Shown in pieces: positions 20,681 through 29,106 of a DNA stretch of 64,000 nucleotides (its first letter is position 1; every line of letters starts with the position of its first letter). The DNA is from Acidobacteriota bacterium. Its GTDB lineage: Bacteria > Acidobacteriota > JAAYUB01. A program made the translations under genes and the position numbers. The DNA is taken from contig JAGNHB010000018.1 in assembly GCA_018001935.1 (NCBI GenBank), positions 14,286-78,285 on the forward strand, read 5' to 3'. The notes beneath the pieces are model-generated. The model saw nothing but the letters and a program-made list of their open reading frames with translations, was not told the DNA's origin and did not search any database.

Positions 20681-21496
20681 CGCGAGGACCACGTCGGCGG
20701 GAAGGGCGCCGGAAGAAAGGGCCGTGGCCAGGACCCGGGCGTCCAGGAGGGACGGCAACCCGGAGATCATCCCCTGGTCGGTTATCCGGTCGCGGATGAC
20801 GGGGACGGAGAGGGCCCGGCCGTCCAGGACGATGGCCAGCCCCCGGCCGAGGCTCTTCGAGGTGGCGTCCCCGAAGATTCTCGCACCGGCAGGGTCCAGC
20901 GTGAACAGGATGACCGGCCGGCCGTAGGCGTTCTCCGGGGTATCGACCCGGGCGTCCTTCAGGTGCTCCCCGACGAGGACCGGCAGGGATTCCACCAGGA
21001 CGAACAGCCGCTCGGCCTCCCTCCCCTCGCCGACGAAGGGGACCGCCACGTAGCCGGCCGGGTGCTTTCCCTTGAACCGGGCCCGCAACTCGGCTTCCGG
21101 GAGCGGGCCCGGCGCCTCCGGGTGGGCGAGGTGAAACGACAGCAGGGCGCGGGTCGTCAGGAGACGTTGCACCGCCTCCCGGTCGACGGGGGCGTGGAGA
21201 AACACCCGCAGCCGATCCCGGCTTCCGGGTGCCCGGAAGACCTGGGCCTGCTGGCCGTATCGTTCCAGGCGGGACCTCAGGACGGCGCAGGTCCGGTCGA
21301 GGGTGCGGGTGACGGCTTCGGCGGAAAGGGCCGGGTCGAGCCTTACCTCCAGTTCGAGGCGGACCGACGCCTTTTTCCCGCCGGTCGTCGCCTGCGGCGT
21401 GCCGGGCGCTTCGCCGCCGTGCTCGGCTAGAGCCCCGGCCCACAGGGTCGCGCCGAAGAGGATCGCCGCCAATCCATGGAGCCCGTTTCTGTTCAT
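20666..21496 (-). CDS. periplasmic protein resembling the SecD P1-head domain, with no SecD/SecF membrane domain
   Basis: signal peptide MNRNGLHGLAAILFGATLWAGALA; C-terminal LAIVLDGRALSVPVIRDRITDQGMISGLP...SGALPADVVL matches the SecD periplasmic head consensus; GGGGAGG RBS; the ORF continues upstream only as read-through. Confidence 0.6.
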   Translation of the reverse strand: MNRNGLHGLAAILFGATLWAGALAEHGGEAPGTPQATTGGKKASVRLELEVRLDPALSAEAVTRTLDRTCAVLRSRLERYGQQAQVFRAPGSRDRLRVFLHAPVDREAVQRLLTTRALLSFHLAHPEAPGPLPEAELRARFKGKHPAGYVAVPFVGEGREAERLFVLVESLPVLVGEHLKDARVDTPENAYGRPVILFTLDPAGARIFGDATSKSLGRGLAIVLDGRALSVPVIRDRITDQGMISGLPSLLDARVLATALSSGALPADVVLAGEAR

Positions 21497-21556
21497 CCCA
21501 CGCCTCCCCACCCGTCGGCGGACCTTGCCTTGATGTCGTCTCTCATCATAGCACAT

Positions 21557-21572
21557 CCGTATTCTGCGGTTC
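21557..21572. repeat. solo copy of the CCGCAGAATACG inverted-repeat motif overlapping the stop of the 21571 gene
   Basis: ccgtattctgcggttcagtg is the reverse complement of the motif flanking the GxxExxY gene. Confidence 0.6.
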
Positions 21573-23403
21573 AGTGAAGGATGGCGGCCAGGTCGGCGGC
21601 GGTGACGCGGCCGTCGCCGTCGGCGTCGCCGCCGGAGCCGCCGGGGGGCAGGTCGGGGACGTTCCCGGCCAGGAAGGCGGACAGAAGGACGAGGTCGGCG
21701 GCCGTGCGCCGGCCGTCGCCGTCCACGTCCCCGGGGTGGGGTTGCGACACCCGCAGGCGGGACGGGCGGGCCGCGTCCTGGTAGACGGTGTTTACGGCCG
21801 GCCACGCGGGCCCCGCGACGTACAGGGGCCCGCCGTCGTTGCGGTTCAGATCGAAGTGCGGGTAGTCGGCGGAGCAGACCGCGATCCGCAGGCGGTGACC
21901 CGGCAGGACCGTCAGCGCCAGGTCCTGGAGCGTCACCTCCACCTCGTAAACCGCGCCCGGCGCCATCAGGTGCTCCGCCGTGAAGCCGTCCCGGAAGCGC
22001 AGGCGCCGGATCCCCTGGGCCAGGATGATCGACCGCCCGTCGGGGTGGACATCGGTGAGCCGGACGCAGAGGTCGGTGTCCGTCCGGTCGGAGGAGAAGA
22101 ACAGGCCGGCTTTCACGCTGCCGTTGATCCGGAGGGGGACGGCCAGGGACGGCGTCGACCAGGTTCGCACGTCCGGCCGGCTCTCCACCGGTCCCAGGTC
22201 CTGGGGGCCCACCGGGAGGTCCGGGGCGAAGGGGTCGAATCGGGACCCGCCCAGGGCCGGGGTCGGGTCGGCGGGGTCGTAGGTGAAACGCTCCGGGGCG
22301 CCGTCCGACGGCGGGGGCGACCCGGTCAGCGTCCCGCCGGGTTGGAGGTAGAGGGCCGTCTCCACCCGCGCACGGTCGGACCAGCTCTCGCCGGCGACCC
22401 AGGCGTCGGCCCCCACCTGGTAGAAGGTGACGGGCGGCTCCGCGACCCACCCGTTGGCGACGTTCCGCAAATGGTAGTCCCAGAAGCGCACGGTTTTCGC
22501 CTCCGCCACGCCGGCGGCTGCGGGGAAGGTCAGAATTCCCTGCTCCGCCCGGTCCACCTCCCCGTGGAGCCAGGGGCCGAAGAGGAGGCGGTGCTGTTCC
22601 CGGGCCGGCGCCGCGCTGCCTTCCCGGAGGTCGCGGAAGCAGCGGAGGACGTCGTCGGGGAAGTGGTCGAACCAGCCGCCGATGACGTAGCAGGGGACGG
22701 CGATCTCCGCCGCCATGTCGGAATTGGCTTCCATGAGCGCCCAGAAGGCGTCCCGCATCGGGTGGGCGAGGATGAAGCCGGCGTCCGTCAGGCCGAGCTT
22801 TTCCAGGCTCTCCACGTGCTCTTTCCGGTAGTCGCCGCCGAAGTAGTAATCGGAGTACTTGAACAGGAAATCCTTGACCCGCGGGACGCAGCAGACCAGG
22901 TGGGGCGGGCGGTGCCGGGCGGTCTGGAACTGGATGTAGCCCAGGGCGGAGGAGCCCCAGGTCCCCACGCGGCCGTCGCACCAGGGTTGGGCGGCGACCC
23001 ACTCCACGGCGTCGTAGCCGTCAAGCCCGCGGTCGTAGCCGGGGACGGCGGCGGCCGAGGACCCGTAGAAGCCCCGCCAGTCCAGCACCACGTAGTGGTA
23101 GTCCGCCGAGAGGGGGAACATCCCGCCGCTCTGGGGCGGAAAACCCGCCATGGCCCGGTAGAAGTTCTTGTTGTAGGGCGTTTGGATCAGGATCACCGGC
23201 CGGGGGACGGGGGTGGCCCCGTCGAAGGTGTGGACGTCCGCCGCCAGGGCCTTCCCGTCCCGGGTGGGAATGGACACGGCGGTCCAGGTGAGCCCGCGCG
23301 GGGAGGAGGGCCCCGCGCCGGCGCCCGTCCCGGCCGGCAGCGCCCCGCCGGCGACGCACAGGGAAAACAGCAGCACCCGGGTGAAGCGGTGTCGCGATAA
23401 CAA
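21571..23403 (-). CDS. CocE/NonD family (S15 X-Pro dipeptidyl-peptidase-like) hydrolase with C-terminal dockerin
   Basis: VILIQTPYNKN and GRVGTWGSSALGYIQ; C-terminal DVDGDGRRTAADLVLLSAFLAGN plus DADGDGRVTAADLAAIL dockerin repeats; TTG start at 23403 with GGGAGG RBS and signal peptide. Confidence 0.75.
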   Translation of the reverse strand: MLSRHRFTRVLLFSLCVAGGALPAGTGAGAGPSSPRGLTWTAVSIPTRDGKALAADVHTFDGATPVPRPVILIQTPYNKNFYRAMAGFPPQSGGMFPLSADYHYVVLDWRGFYGSSAAAVPGYDRGLDGYDAVEWVAAQPWCDGRVGTWGSSALGYIQFQTARHRPPHLVCCVPRVKDFLFKYSDYYFGGDYRKEHVESLEKLGLTDAGFILAHPMRDAFWALMEANSDMAAEIAVPCYVIGGWFDHFPDDVLRCFRDLREGSAAPAREQHRLLFGPWLHGEVDRAEQGILTFPAAAGVAEAKTVRFWDYHLRNVANGWVAEPPVTFYQVGADAWVAGESWSDRARVETALYLQPGGTLTGSPPPSDGAPERFTYDPADPTPALGGSRFDPFAPDLPVGPQDLGPVESRPDVRTWSTPSLAVPLRINGSVKAGLFFSSDRTDTDLCVRLTDVHPDGRSIILAQGIRRLRFRDGFTAEHLMAPGAVYEVEVTLQDLALTVLPGHRLRIAVCSADYPHFDLNRNDGGPLYVAGPAWPAVNTVYQDAARPSRLRVSQPHPGDVDGDGRRTAADLVLLSAFLAGNVPDLPPGGSGGDADGDGRVTAADLAAILH

Positions 23404-23540
23404 GGCAGGCCTCCCGTCTCGAAAAAACCGGTGGGGATTGCACAGACGCACGTGCCCCCTCGCAGCGTTCAACCTTCGAGGCCCGGAAAGGTTCCAGATG
23501 TTTTTCGCCAACGCCAAATGCCGTTGCCGGCTGGTCGGAG

Positions 23541-23672
23541 GAAAAGGACAAAAGGACCAAAAGGACATAAAGGACGGCACGGAGGGCAAACGGGTTACCC
23601 TGCGGACGCCCCTGCCCCCACCTGCTGTTATGAAGTCCTTTAAGTCCTTTAAGTCCTTCAAGTCCTTCCCGG
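23541..23672. repeat. inverted pair of AAAGGAC heptamer arrays with an approximately 56-nt loop
   Basis: ggaaaaggacaaaaggaccaaaaggacataaaggacgg ... gtcctttaagtcctttaagtcctttaagtccttcaagtcc. Confidence 0.85.
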
Positions 23673-23766
23673 GCGAAACGGTCCCGTGGGGGGAAGGCGG
23701 GAAAGCCACCGGCCTGGCCGCGTCGCGGCTGCAGGAACAGAAGCCGCCCCCCTCCCTCGGCCGCCG

Positions 23767-23845
23767 CCCCGATCGCCGCCGCCCATCGTCGCCCCCCGAT
23801 CGCCGCCGCCCATCGTCGCCCCCCCCGATCGCCGCCGCCCGCTGA
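23767..23845. repeat. three tandem copies of an approximately 28-bp unit CCCGATCGCCGCCGCCCATCGTCGCCCC
   Basis: read directly in the 5' region of the 23915 gene. Confidence 0.85.
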
Positions 23846-23914
23846 AAATGTTTGGCCGGTCCGGCGTTTTGTACTATCATGACTTGGAAAATTCGACGGT
23901 TGCGGGGAACGGCC

Positions 23915-26143
23915 ATGAGCAAATCGTACAGGCATGTCGGGCAGTCGGTGAGGCGGGGTGACGTGGAGGCCAAGATCCGGGGGACGGCCGGCTTCGGCGT
24001 GGACATCACCCCGCCGGGCTGCCTGTGGGGACGGGTCGTCCGGGCGAATGCGCCGCACGGGCGGATGAAGAAAATCGCCTTCGACCCCGCCTTCGACTGG
24101 GCCGGGTTCACCCGGCTGACGGCGGACGACGTCCCGGGGAAGAAAATCCTCCCTTACTTCCTCCAGGACCAGCCCTTCCTGGCGTTCGACACGGTGAAGT
24201 TCCCGGGCGACCCCGTGGCGCTGCTGGCCCACGAGGACCCGGACGCCCTGGAGAGGGCCCTGTCCCATGTCCACGTCGAGGTGGAGCCGCTCCCCGCCGC
24301 CTTCACCATCGAGGACTCCCTGGCGCTCGAGGCCGCCCTCTGGGAGGGGGACAACGTCTTCTGGGAGGTCCTCATCTCCAAGGGCGACCCGGGGCCGGTC
24401 CTGACGGGGCCGGGCGTCACCGTCTTCGACGAGGTCTACGAGACCGGGTCCCAGGAGCAGCTCTACCTCGAACCCCAGAACGTCATCGCCTTCAACGAGG
24501 ACGGGCGGATCCGCATCCTGGGGAGCATCCAGTGCCCCTACTACGTGAAACCCGGCGTGGAGGCCGCGCTGGGCGAACCCGTGGACGTGGAGCAGTCCAC
24601 CACCGGCGGCGCCTTCGGCGGCAAGGAGGACTACCCCACGCTCCTGGCGGCGTGGGCGGCCATGCTGGCGAAGAAGTCGGGGCGGACCGTGAAGATGGTT
24701 TTCGACCGGGACGAGGACTTCGCCTACACCACCAAGCGGCACCCCTCCCGGACCCGCGTCCGCTCCGCCGTGGGGCCGGACGGGAAGCTCCTGGCCATGG
24801 ACATCGACTTTGCCCTGGACGCCGGCGCCTACTGCACCCTCTCGCCGGTGGTCCTCTCGCGCGGCGCCCTCCACGCGGGGAGCGCCTACCTCTGCCCGAA
24901 CCTGCGCATCCTGGGGCGGGCGGTGGCCACCAACACCCCGCCCACGGGCGCGTTCCGCGGGTTCGGCGCCCCCCAGGGCCTCTTCGCCGTGGAGCGCCAC
25001 ATGGACGTCATGGCCCACCGCCTGGGCCGCGACCCCTTGGAATTCCGGCGCCTGAACCTGTTGCGCAACGGCGACACCAACGCCACCGGGCAGCTCTTCC
25101 GGTGGGAGAAGAACCTCCACGGCGTCCTGGACCGCGCCCTCGAGCTTTCCCGCTTCGAGGAGACCCGAAAGGCCGCGGAGGAGAACAACCGCTCCGACGC
25201 GTGGCGCAAGCGAGGTGTGGGCCTTTCCCTGTTCTTCCACGGGAGCGGGTTCACCGGCAGCGGCGAGACCAAGATGCGGAGCGTTGCCCGGCTGGAGGCG
25301 GACCCGGAAGGGTTCGTCGTCATCCGCGTGTCCAGCGTGGAGATGGGGCAGGGGGCCCGGACGGTCCTGGCCCAGATGGTGGCCGAGACCATGGGGATCG
25401 GCCTCGACCAGGTCCGCTACCCCAACCCCGACACGGCCCGGGTCCCCAACACGGGCCCCACGGTGGCGTCGCGCACCACGGCCGTGGTGGGCGGCATCCT
25501 GGTGAAGGCCGCGGAGGCCCTCCGCCGGCGCATCGAGGACGTCACGGGGCGTGTCTGGGAGGACGGCGAGGGCTTTGCCCGGACCCTTCGGGCGGTCCCG
25601 TACGGCATCGTGCCCCTGGCGGAGGACGCGGTCTACGAGCCGCCGCCGGGGCTGGTCTGGGACGAGGAGACCTTCCGCGGCGAGGCCTACGCCGACTACG
25701 CCTGGGCCTGCTACGTGGCCGAGGTGGAGGCGGACCTGCGGGACTACACCGTGACGGTGAAAACCTTCACCGCCGTCCAGGACGTGGGCACCGTCATCCA
25801 CCCCGAGCTGGCCCGCGGGCAGGTGGAAGGGGGCGTGGTGCAGGGGATCGGCTGGACGCTCACCGAGAAGGTCCACTTCAAGGACGGCCGGGTCCTCAAC
25901 CCCGGGTTCTCCGACTACATCATCCTGACCCCCGCGGACCTTCCCGAACTCCGGGTGGACTTCGTCCAGAACCCGTCCCCTCACGGGGGGTATGGGGCCA
26001 AAGGGCTCGGCGAACTCCCCATGGACGGCCCGGCGCCGGCCATCCTGGCCGCCCTGCACCAGGCCCTGGGCCGGGAGTTCAACCGCATCCCCCTGACCCC
26101 GTCCGACCTGTTCCGGGAGCTGGAGACGGACGGAAAATCGTGA
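23915..26143 (+). CDS. xanthine dehydrogenase / aldehyde oxidase family molybdopterin-binding subunit (CoxL-like)
   Basis: a/b hammerhead and MoCo-binding domains (GFGGKED, TLSPVVLSRGALHAGSAY, AFRGFGAPQG, GQGARTVLAQMVAE); no FAD or Fe-S subunit adjacent. Confidence 0.85.
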   Translation: MSKSYRHVGQSVRRGDVEAKIRGTAGFGVDITPPGCLWGRVVRANAPHGRMKKIAFDPAFDWAGFTRLTADDVPGKKILPYFLQDQPFLAFDTVKFPGDPVALLAHEDPDALERALSHVHVEVEPLPAAFTIEDSLALEAALWEGDNVFWEVLISKGDPGPVLTGPGVTVFDEVYETGSQEQLYLEPQNVIAFNEDGRIRILGSIQCPYYVKPGVEAALGEPVDVEQSTTGGAFGGKEDYPTLLAAWAAMLAKKSGRTVKMVFDRDEDFAYTTKRHPSRTRVRSAVGPDGKLLAMDIDFALDAGAYCTLSPVVLSRGALHAGSAYLCPNLRILGRAVATNTPPTGAFRGFGAPQGLFAVERHMDVMAHRLGRDPLEFRRLNLLRNGDTNATGQLFRWEKNLHGVLDRALELSRFEETRKAAEENNRSDAWRKRGVGLSLFFHGSGFTGSGETKMRSVARLEADPEGFVVIRVSSVEMGQGARTVLAQMVAETMGIGLDQVRYPNPDTARVPNTGPTVASRTTAVVGGILVKAAEALRRRIEDVTGRVWEDGEGFARTLRAVPYGIVPLAEDAVYEPPPGLVWDEETFRGEAYADYAWACYVAEVEADLRDYTVTVKTFTAVQDVGTVIHPELARGQVEGGVVQGIGWTLTEKVHFKDGRVLNPGFSDYIILTPADLPELRVDFVQNPSPHGGYGAKGLGELPMDGPAPAILAALHQALGREFNRIPLTPSDLFRELETDGKS

Positions 26144-26241
26144 CCGGAATGAAGGGCATTCGATGATATACTGCAAGGGGATGATGAAAACCGCTTTTGA
26201 ACGAGCCATTGACTCATCCACGCGGGCGTCGGGGGAAACCC

Positions 26242-26475
26242 ATGGTTCAAGCACTGAAGGAAAAAACGACGGTTCAGGCCGGAGGAACCATTCATCTTGA
26301 AATCCCGGGGCTTACTCCGGGAACACCCGTTGAAGTCGTCGTTTATATCGAAAGCAATTCAACCCCGAAGAAAAACTCTCTTGCAAACAGGGTCGGATCC
26401 GCCAAGGGAGGGTTTTATTCACCCGAAGCGGTTGACGGGTTTCTGTCACAGGAGCGCGGTGCGTGGGAAGATTGA
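26242..26475 (+). CDS. vapB: type II antitoxin VapB-like
   Basis: small ORF MVQALKEKTTVQAGGTIHLEIPGL... immediately upstream of and overlapping a PIN gene. Confidence 0.7.
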   Translation: MVQALKEKTTVQAGGTIHLEIPGLTPGTPVEVVVYIESNSTPKKNSLANRVGSAKGGFYSPEAVDGFLSQERGAWED

Positions 26476-26900
26476 GCGAGTTCTTCGGGAAAAAGATCTA
26501 TCTCGATACAAACGTATTGATCTATGCACTCGAAGGGTTCCCGGATTATTCCGGAGTTCTGACGGCTCTGTTCCAGGCGGTCGATCAGGAGCTTTTGAGG
26601 GCTTTCACCAGCGAGTTGACCATTGCGGAAGTGTTGGTGAAGCCATTCATTGATCGAAACCGGGAGAGGGAACATGCCTATCTGGAACTCTTTGACGGTT
26701 CCGGGCCCCTTCACGTCGAACCGGTTACCCGCAGCATCCTGATCGAGGCCGCCCGATTGCGGGCTTTGCACCCCCTTCGCCTTCCGGATGAAATTCACCT
26801 GGCAACCGCTTTTTTTTCAGAGTGTTCTTTCTTTATCACCAATGATTTCCGCATCAACCCCGTCTCCGGTCTGGATGTCATCCGTTTAAGCGAACTGTAA
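26463..26900 (+). CDS. vapC: PIN-domain toxin VapC
   Basis: KIYLDTNVLIYAL with conserved acidic residues, ITNDF; GTG start overlaps the vapB stop; locally lower GC. Confidence 0.8.
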   Translation: MGRLSEFFGKKIYLDTNVLIYALEGFPDYSGVLTALFQAVDQELLRAFTSELTIAEVLVKPFIDRNREREHAYLELFDGSGPLHVEPVTRSILIEAARLRALHPLRLPDEIHLATAFFSECSFFITNDFRINPVSGLDVIRLSEL

Positions 26901-26924
26901 CCTTCATTTTTCAGAGGTGAGTTG

Positions 26925-27998
26925 ATGAGATTATCCGAGATCGCCCGTCTGACGGGTTGCGAACACGTGGGGGAGGACTGCGGGATTGTCGGCGTTTCGG
27001 ACCTGAAGCAGCCGGAACCGGGCACCATCGCCTACGCCGACAGCACCGTCAACGTCCGCCGGCTCCTGGCGAGCCCCGTGGCGGCGCTCCTGGTGGGGCC
27101 CGGCAGCGCCTGCGAGGGGAAACCCCACCTGCGGGCGGCCAACCCCCGGCTGGCCCTGGCGCGCTTGCTGGGGTGCTTCCAGCGACCGTCGAGCCTGCGG
27201 AAGGAGGTCTACCCCGGCGCCTACGTCGAGGAGGGCGCGAAAATCGGGCGGGACGTCGCCATCCTCCCCTTCGCCTGCGTGATGGCGGGCGCCGAGATCG
27301 GCGACGGGAGCGAGCTTCACGCCGGCGTGTACGTCGGCCCAAACGCCCGGGTGGGGAAGGGGTGCGTCCTCAAGGCGGGGGTGGTCGTCGGCGACGGCGT
27401 GGTCCTGGGGGACCGGGTGATCGCCCACCCCAACGCCGTCATCGGCGGCGACGGCTTCGGCTACGCCCCGGACGGCGCGACCCTCGTCAAGATCCCCCAG
27501 ATCGGCACCATCGAGGTGGGGGACGACGCGGAGATCGGCGCCTGCACCACCATCGACCGGGCCACCCTGGGCCGGACCGTGATCGGGAAGGGGACCAAGA
27601 TCGACAACCTGGTGCAGATCGGCCACAACGTCACCGTGGGGGAGAACACCGTCATCATCTCCCAGGTGGGGATCGCGGGGAGCACCCGCATCGGGAACTC
27701 CTGCATCCTGGCGGGGCAGGCGGGGATCACCGACCACGCCGTCATCGAGGACCGGGTCGTCATCGGCGCCATGGCGGGGATCGAGTCGAAGCACGTCAAG
27801 GCCGGGAGCGTCCTCCTGGGGGCCCCCGCCCGGGACCACATGGAGACGAAGCGCATCTTCGCCTGCTTCCCGCGCCTGCCGGACCTGCTGAAACGGGTGG
27901 CGGCCCTGGAGCAGAAATTGCGGGAATTGGAGGGGGAGAGTTCCGGGCGAACCGACCTGGAATCCCCGGCGGCGGATCGGGAACATCGAGTTTTATGA
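26925..27998 (+). CDS. lpxD: UDP-3-O-(3-hydroxyacyl)glucosamine N-acyltransferase
   Basis: N-terminal [11 protein letters not shown]...[17 protein letters not shown] plus left-handed beta-helix hexapeptide repeats; GAGGTG RBS before ATG at 26925. Confidence 0.85.
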   Translation: MRLSEIARLTGCEHVGEDCGIVGVSDLKQPEPGTIAYADSTVNVRRLLASPVAALLVGPGSACEGKPHLRAANPRLALARLLGCFQRPSSLRKEVYPGAYVEEGAKIGRDVAILPFACVMAGAEIGDGSELHAGVYVGPNARVGKGCVLKAGVVVGDGVVLGDRVIAHPNAVIGGDGFGYAPDGATLVKIPQIGTIEVGDDAEIGACTTIDRATLGRTVIGKGTKIDNLVQIGHNVTVGENTVIISQVGIAGSTRIGNSCILAGQAGITDHAVIEDRVVIGAMAGIESKHVKAGSVLLGAPARDHMETKRIFACFPRLPDLLKRVAALEQKLRELEGESSGRTDLESPAADREHRVL

Positions 27999-28109
27999 AA
28001 AAGTGCCATCGCCTCCCGGGCGACGGCTTGAAAAAGAGGTTACGACACTGTTTCGGTTCGTTTCCCGACTTTTTGCGAACCCATCAAACTTCATCCGGGG
28101 AGGCGCAAG

Positions 28110-28502
28110 ATGAGACTGGGTACCAGGCGGCGCGGGTGGGTGAGGGAGTGTTCCCCGGTCATTTGGGCAACGATTCTCGTGATGTTTCTGGGCGCCTGTG
28201 CCGGTCCGGCGGGCAGTTACGATGCGGACAGCATCATTTTCGTGACCGCGGGCGGCAAGATGGACTCCATGGGGAAGACCTCCGCCGACATGGAGGAAAA
28301 GGCCCAACCCGGATTCGGAGATGCCCTGAAGGGCACGATCGTGGTGTTTCGCAGCGATGAGACCTTCGGGGATACGGGCGAGAAAGGGAAGAAGGGCTGC
28401 GCCTACCGCATTACCCCCGAACAGCGTCTGGAATTCCTCGAGGAAGTGGACCTGAACCTGTCCAACCGCCAGCTGGCCGACCACTTCGGCATCCCGAAGT
28501 AA
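28110..28502 (+). CDS. small lipoprotein, hypothetical
   Basis: lipobox VMFLGACAG; GGGGAGG RBS. Confidence 0.5.
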   Translation: MRLGTRRRGWVRECSPVIWATILVMFLGACAGPAGSYDADSIIFVTAGGKMDSMGKTSADMEEKAQPGFGDALKGTIVVFRSDETFGDTGEKGKKGCAYRITPEQRLEFLEEVDLNLSNRQLADHFGIPK

Positions 28503-28565
28503 GCGTCCCGGCGGACAGGCCTCCCGCAAAGCCGGCAAGGCGCAGAACCTCGCGAAGAAATCATC

Positions 28566-28660
28566 GAATCAGGATCACGGACAACAGTCTCCCAGGACCG
28601 CCTCCAGGCGGTCACCGCCTTTCTCGCCAAACAGGCAGGCCAGCAGGGCCGATGCATCAA
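28566..28660 (-). pseudogene. truncated PIN (VapC) toxin remnant, 31 codons
   Basis: MIALDASALLACLFGEKGGDRLEAVLGDCCP then stop; ATG overlaps the antitoxin stop (ATGA); the remainder of the PIN domain is not recoverable in any frame. Confidence 0.5.
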
Positions 28661-28666
28661 GGGCGA

Positions 28667-28918
28667 TCATTCGTCCCCCGTCTCTTCCCGCCGTTCCGCG
28701 AGGAAAGCGTCCACGACGCCCGAGGGCTTTTGCCCGCCGTAGAGGCGATTAACCCACTCCGCAAGCGATTCACGAGGCCGGGCATCCTCTTCCGGACGGC
28801 AGGACTCGGTCAGGATCGCCCGGGCCTCCGCCTCCATGCTCCGATTGGCCCGGGCCGCCCGGAGCCTCGGCCGCGCATGGACCTCCGTTGGGAGATTCTG
28901 GATATTCAGGGTCGCCAT
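28667..28918 (-). CDS. RHH-type antitoxin (FitA/VapB, plasmid-stability family)
   Basis: MATLNIQNLPTEVHARPRLRAARANRSMEAEARAIL matches the Arc/MetJ-type antitoxin consensus. Confidence 0.7.
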   Translation of the reverse strand: MATLNIQNLPTEVHARPRLRAARANRSMEAEARAILTESCRPEEDARPRESLAEWVNRLYGGQKPSGVVDAFLAERREETGDE

Positions 28919-29106
28919 GGGGTCACCTCCTCCTTGCCATGCTTTCATTGTGGGCAATGACTACGATGATATCAAGTCAGTTCCAGGCTTTCACGTCCTC
29001 AGGGATCGCCAAGCGGAAAAACAGGTCCCCGCCGTGGACGGGTGTCGCCAGCGGGGACCTGTTGTGGACAGGTGTCGCGGAAATTCCGTCCGTGGGCGGT
29101 GAGCCC

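Noticed and set aside
20661-23002. Overlapping long ORFs upstream of the SecD-like gene (778 aa and 260 aa)
   Set aside because: Only the last 276 codons, which have a signal peptide and a strong RBS at 21496, are protein-like. The remainder is Arg/Pro/Gly-rich read-through.
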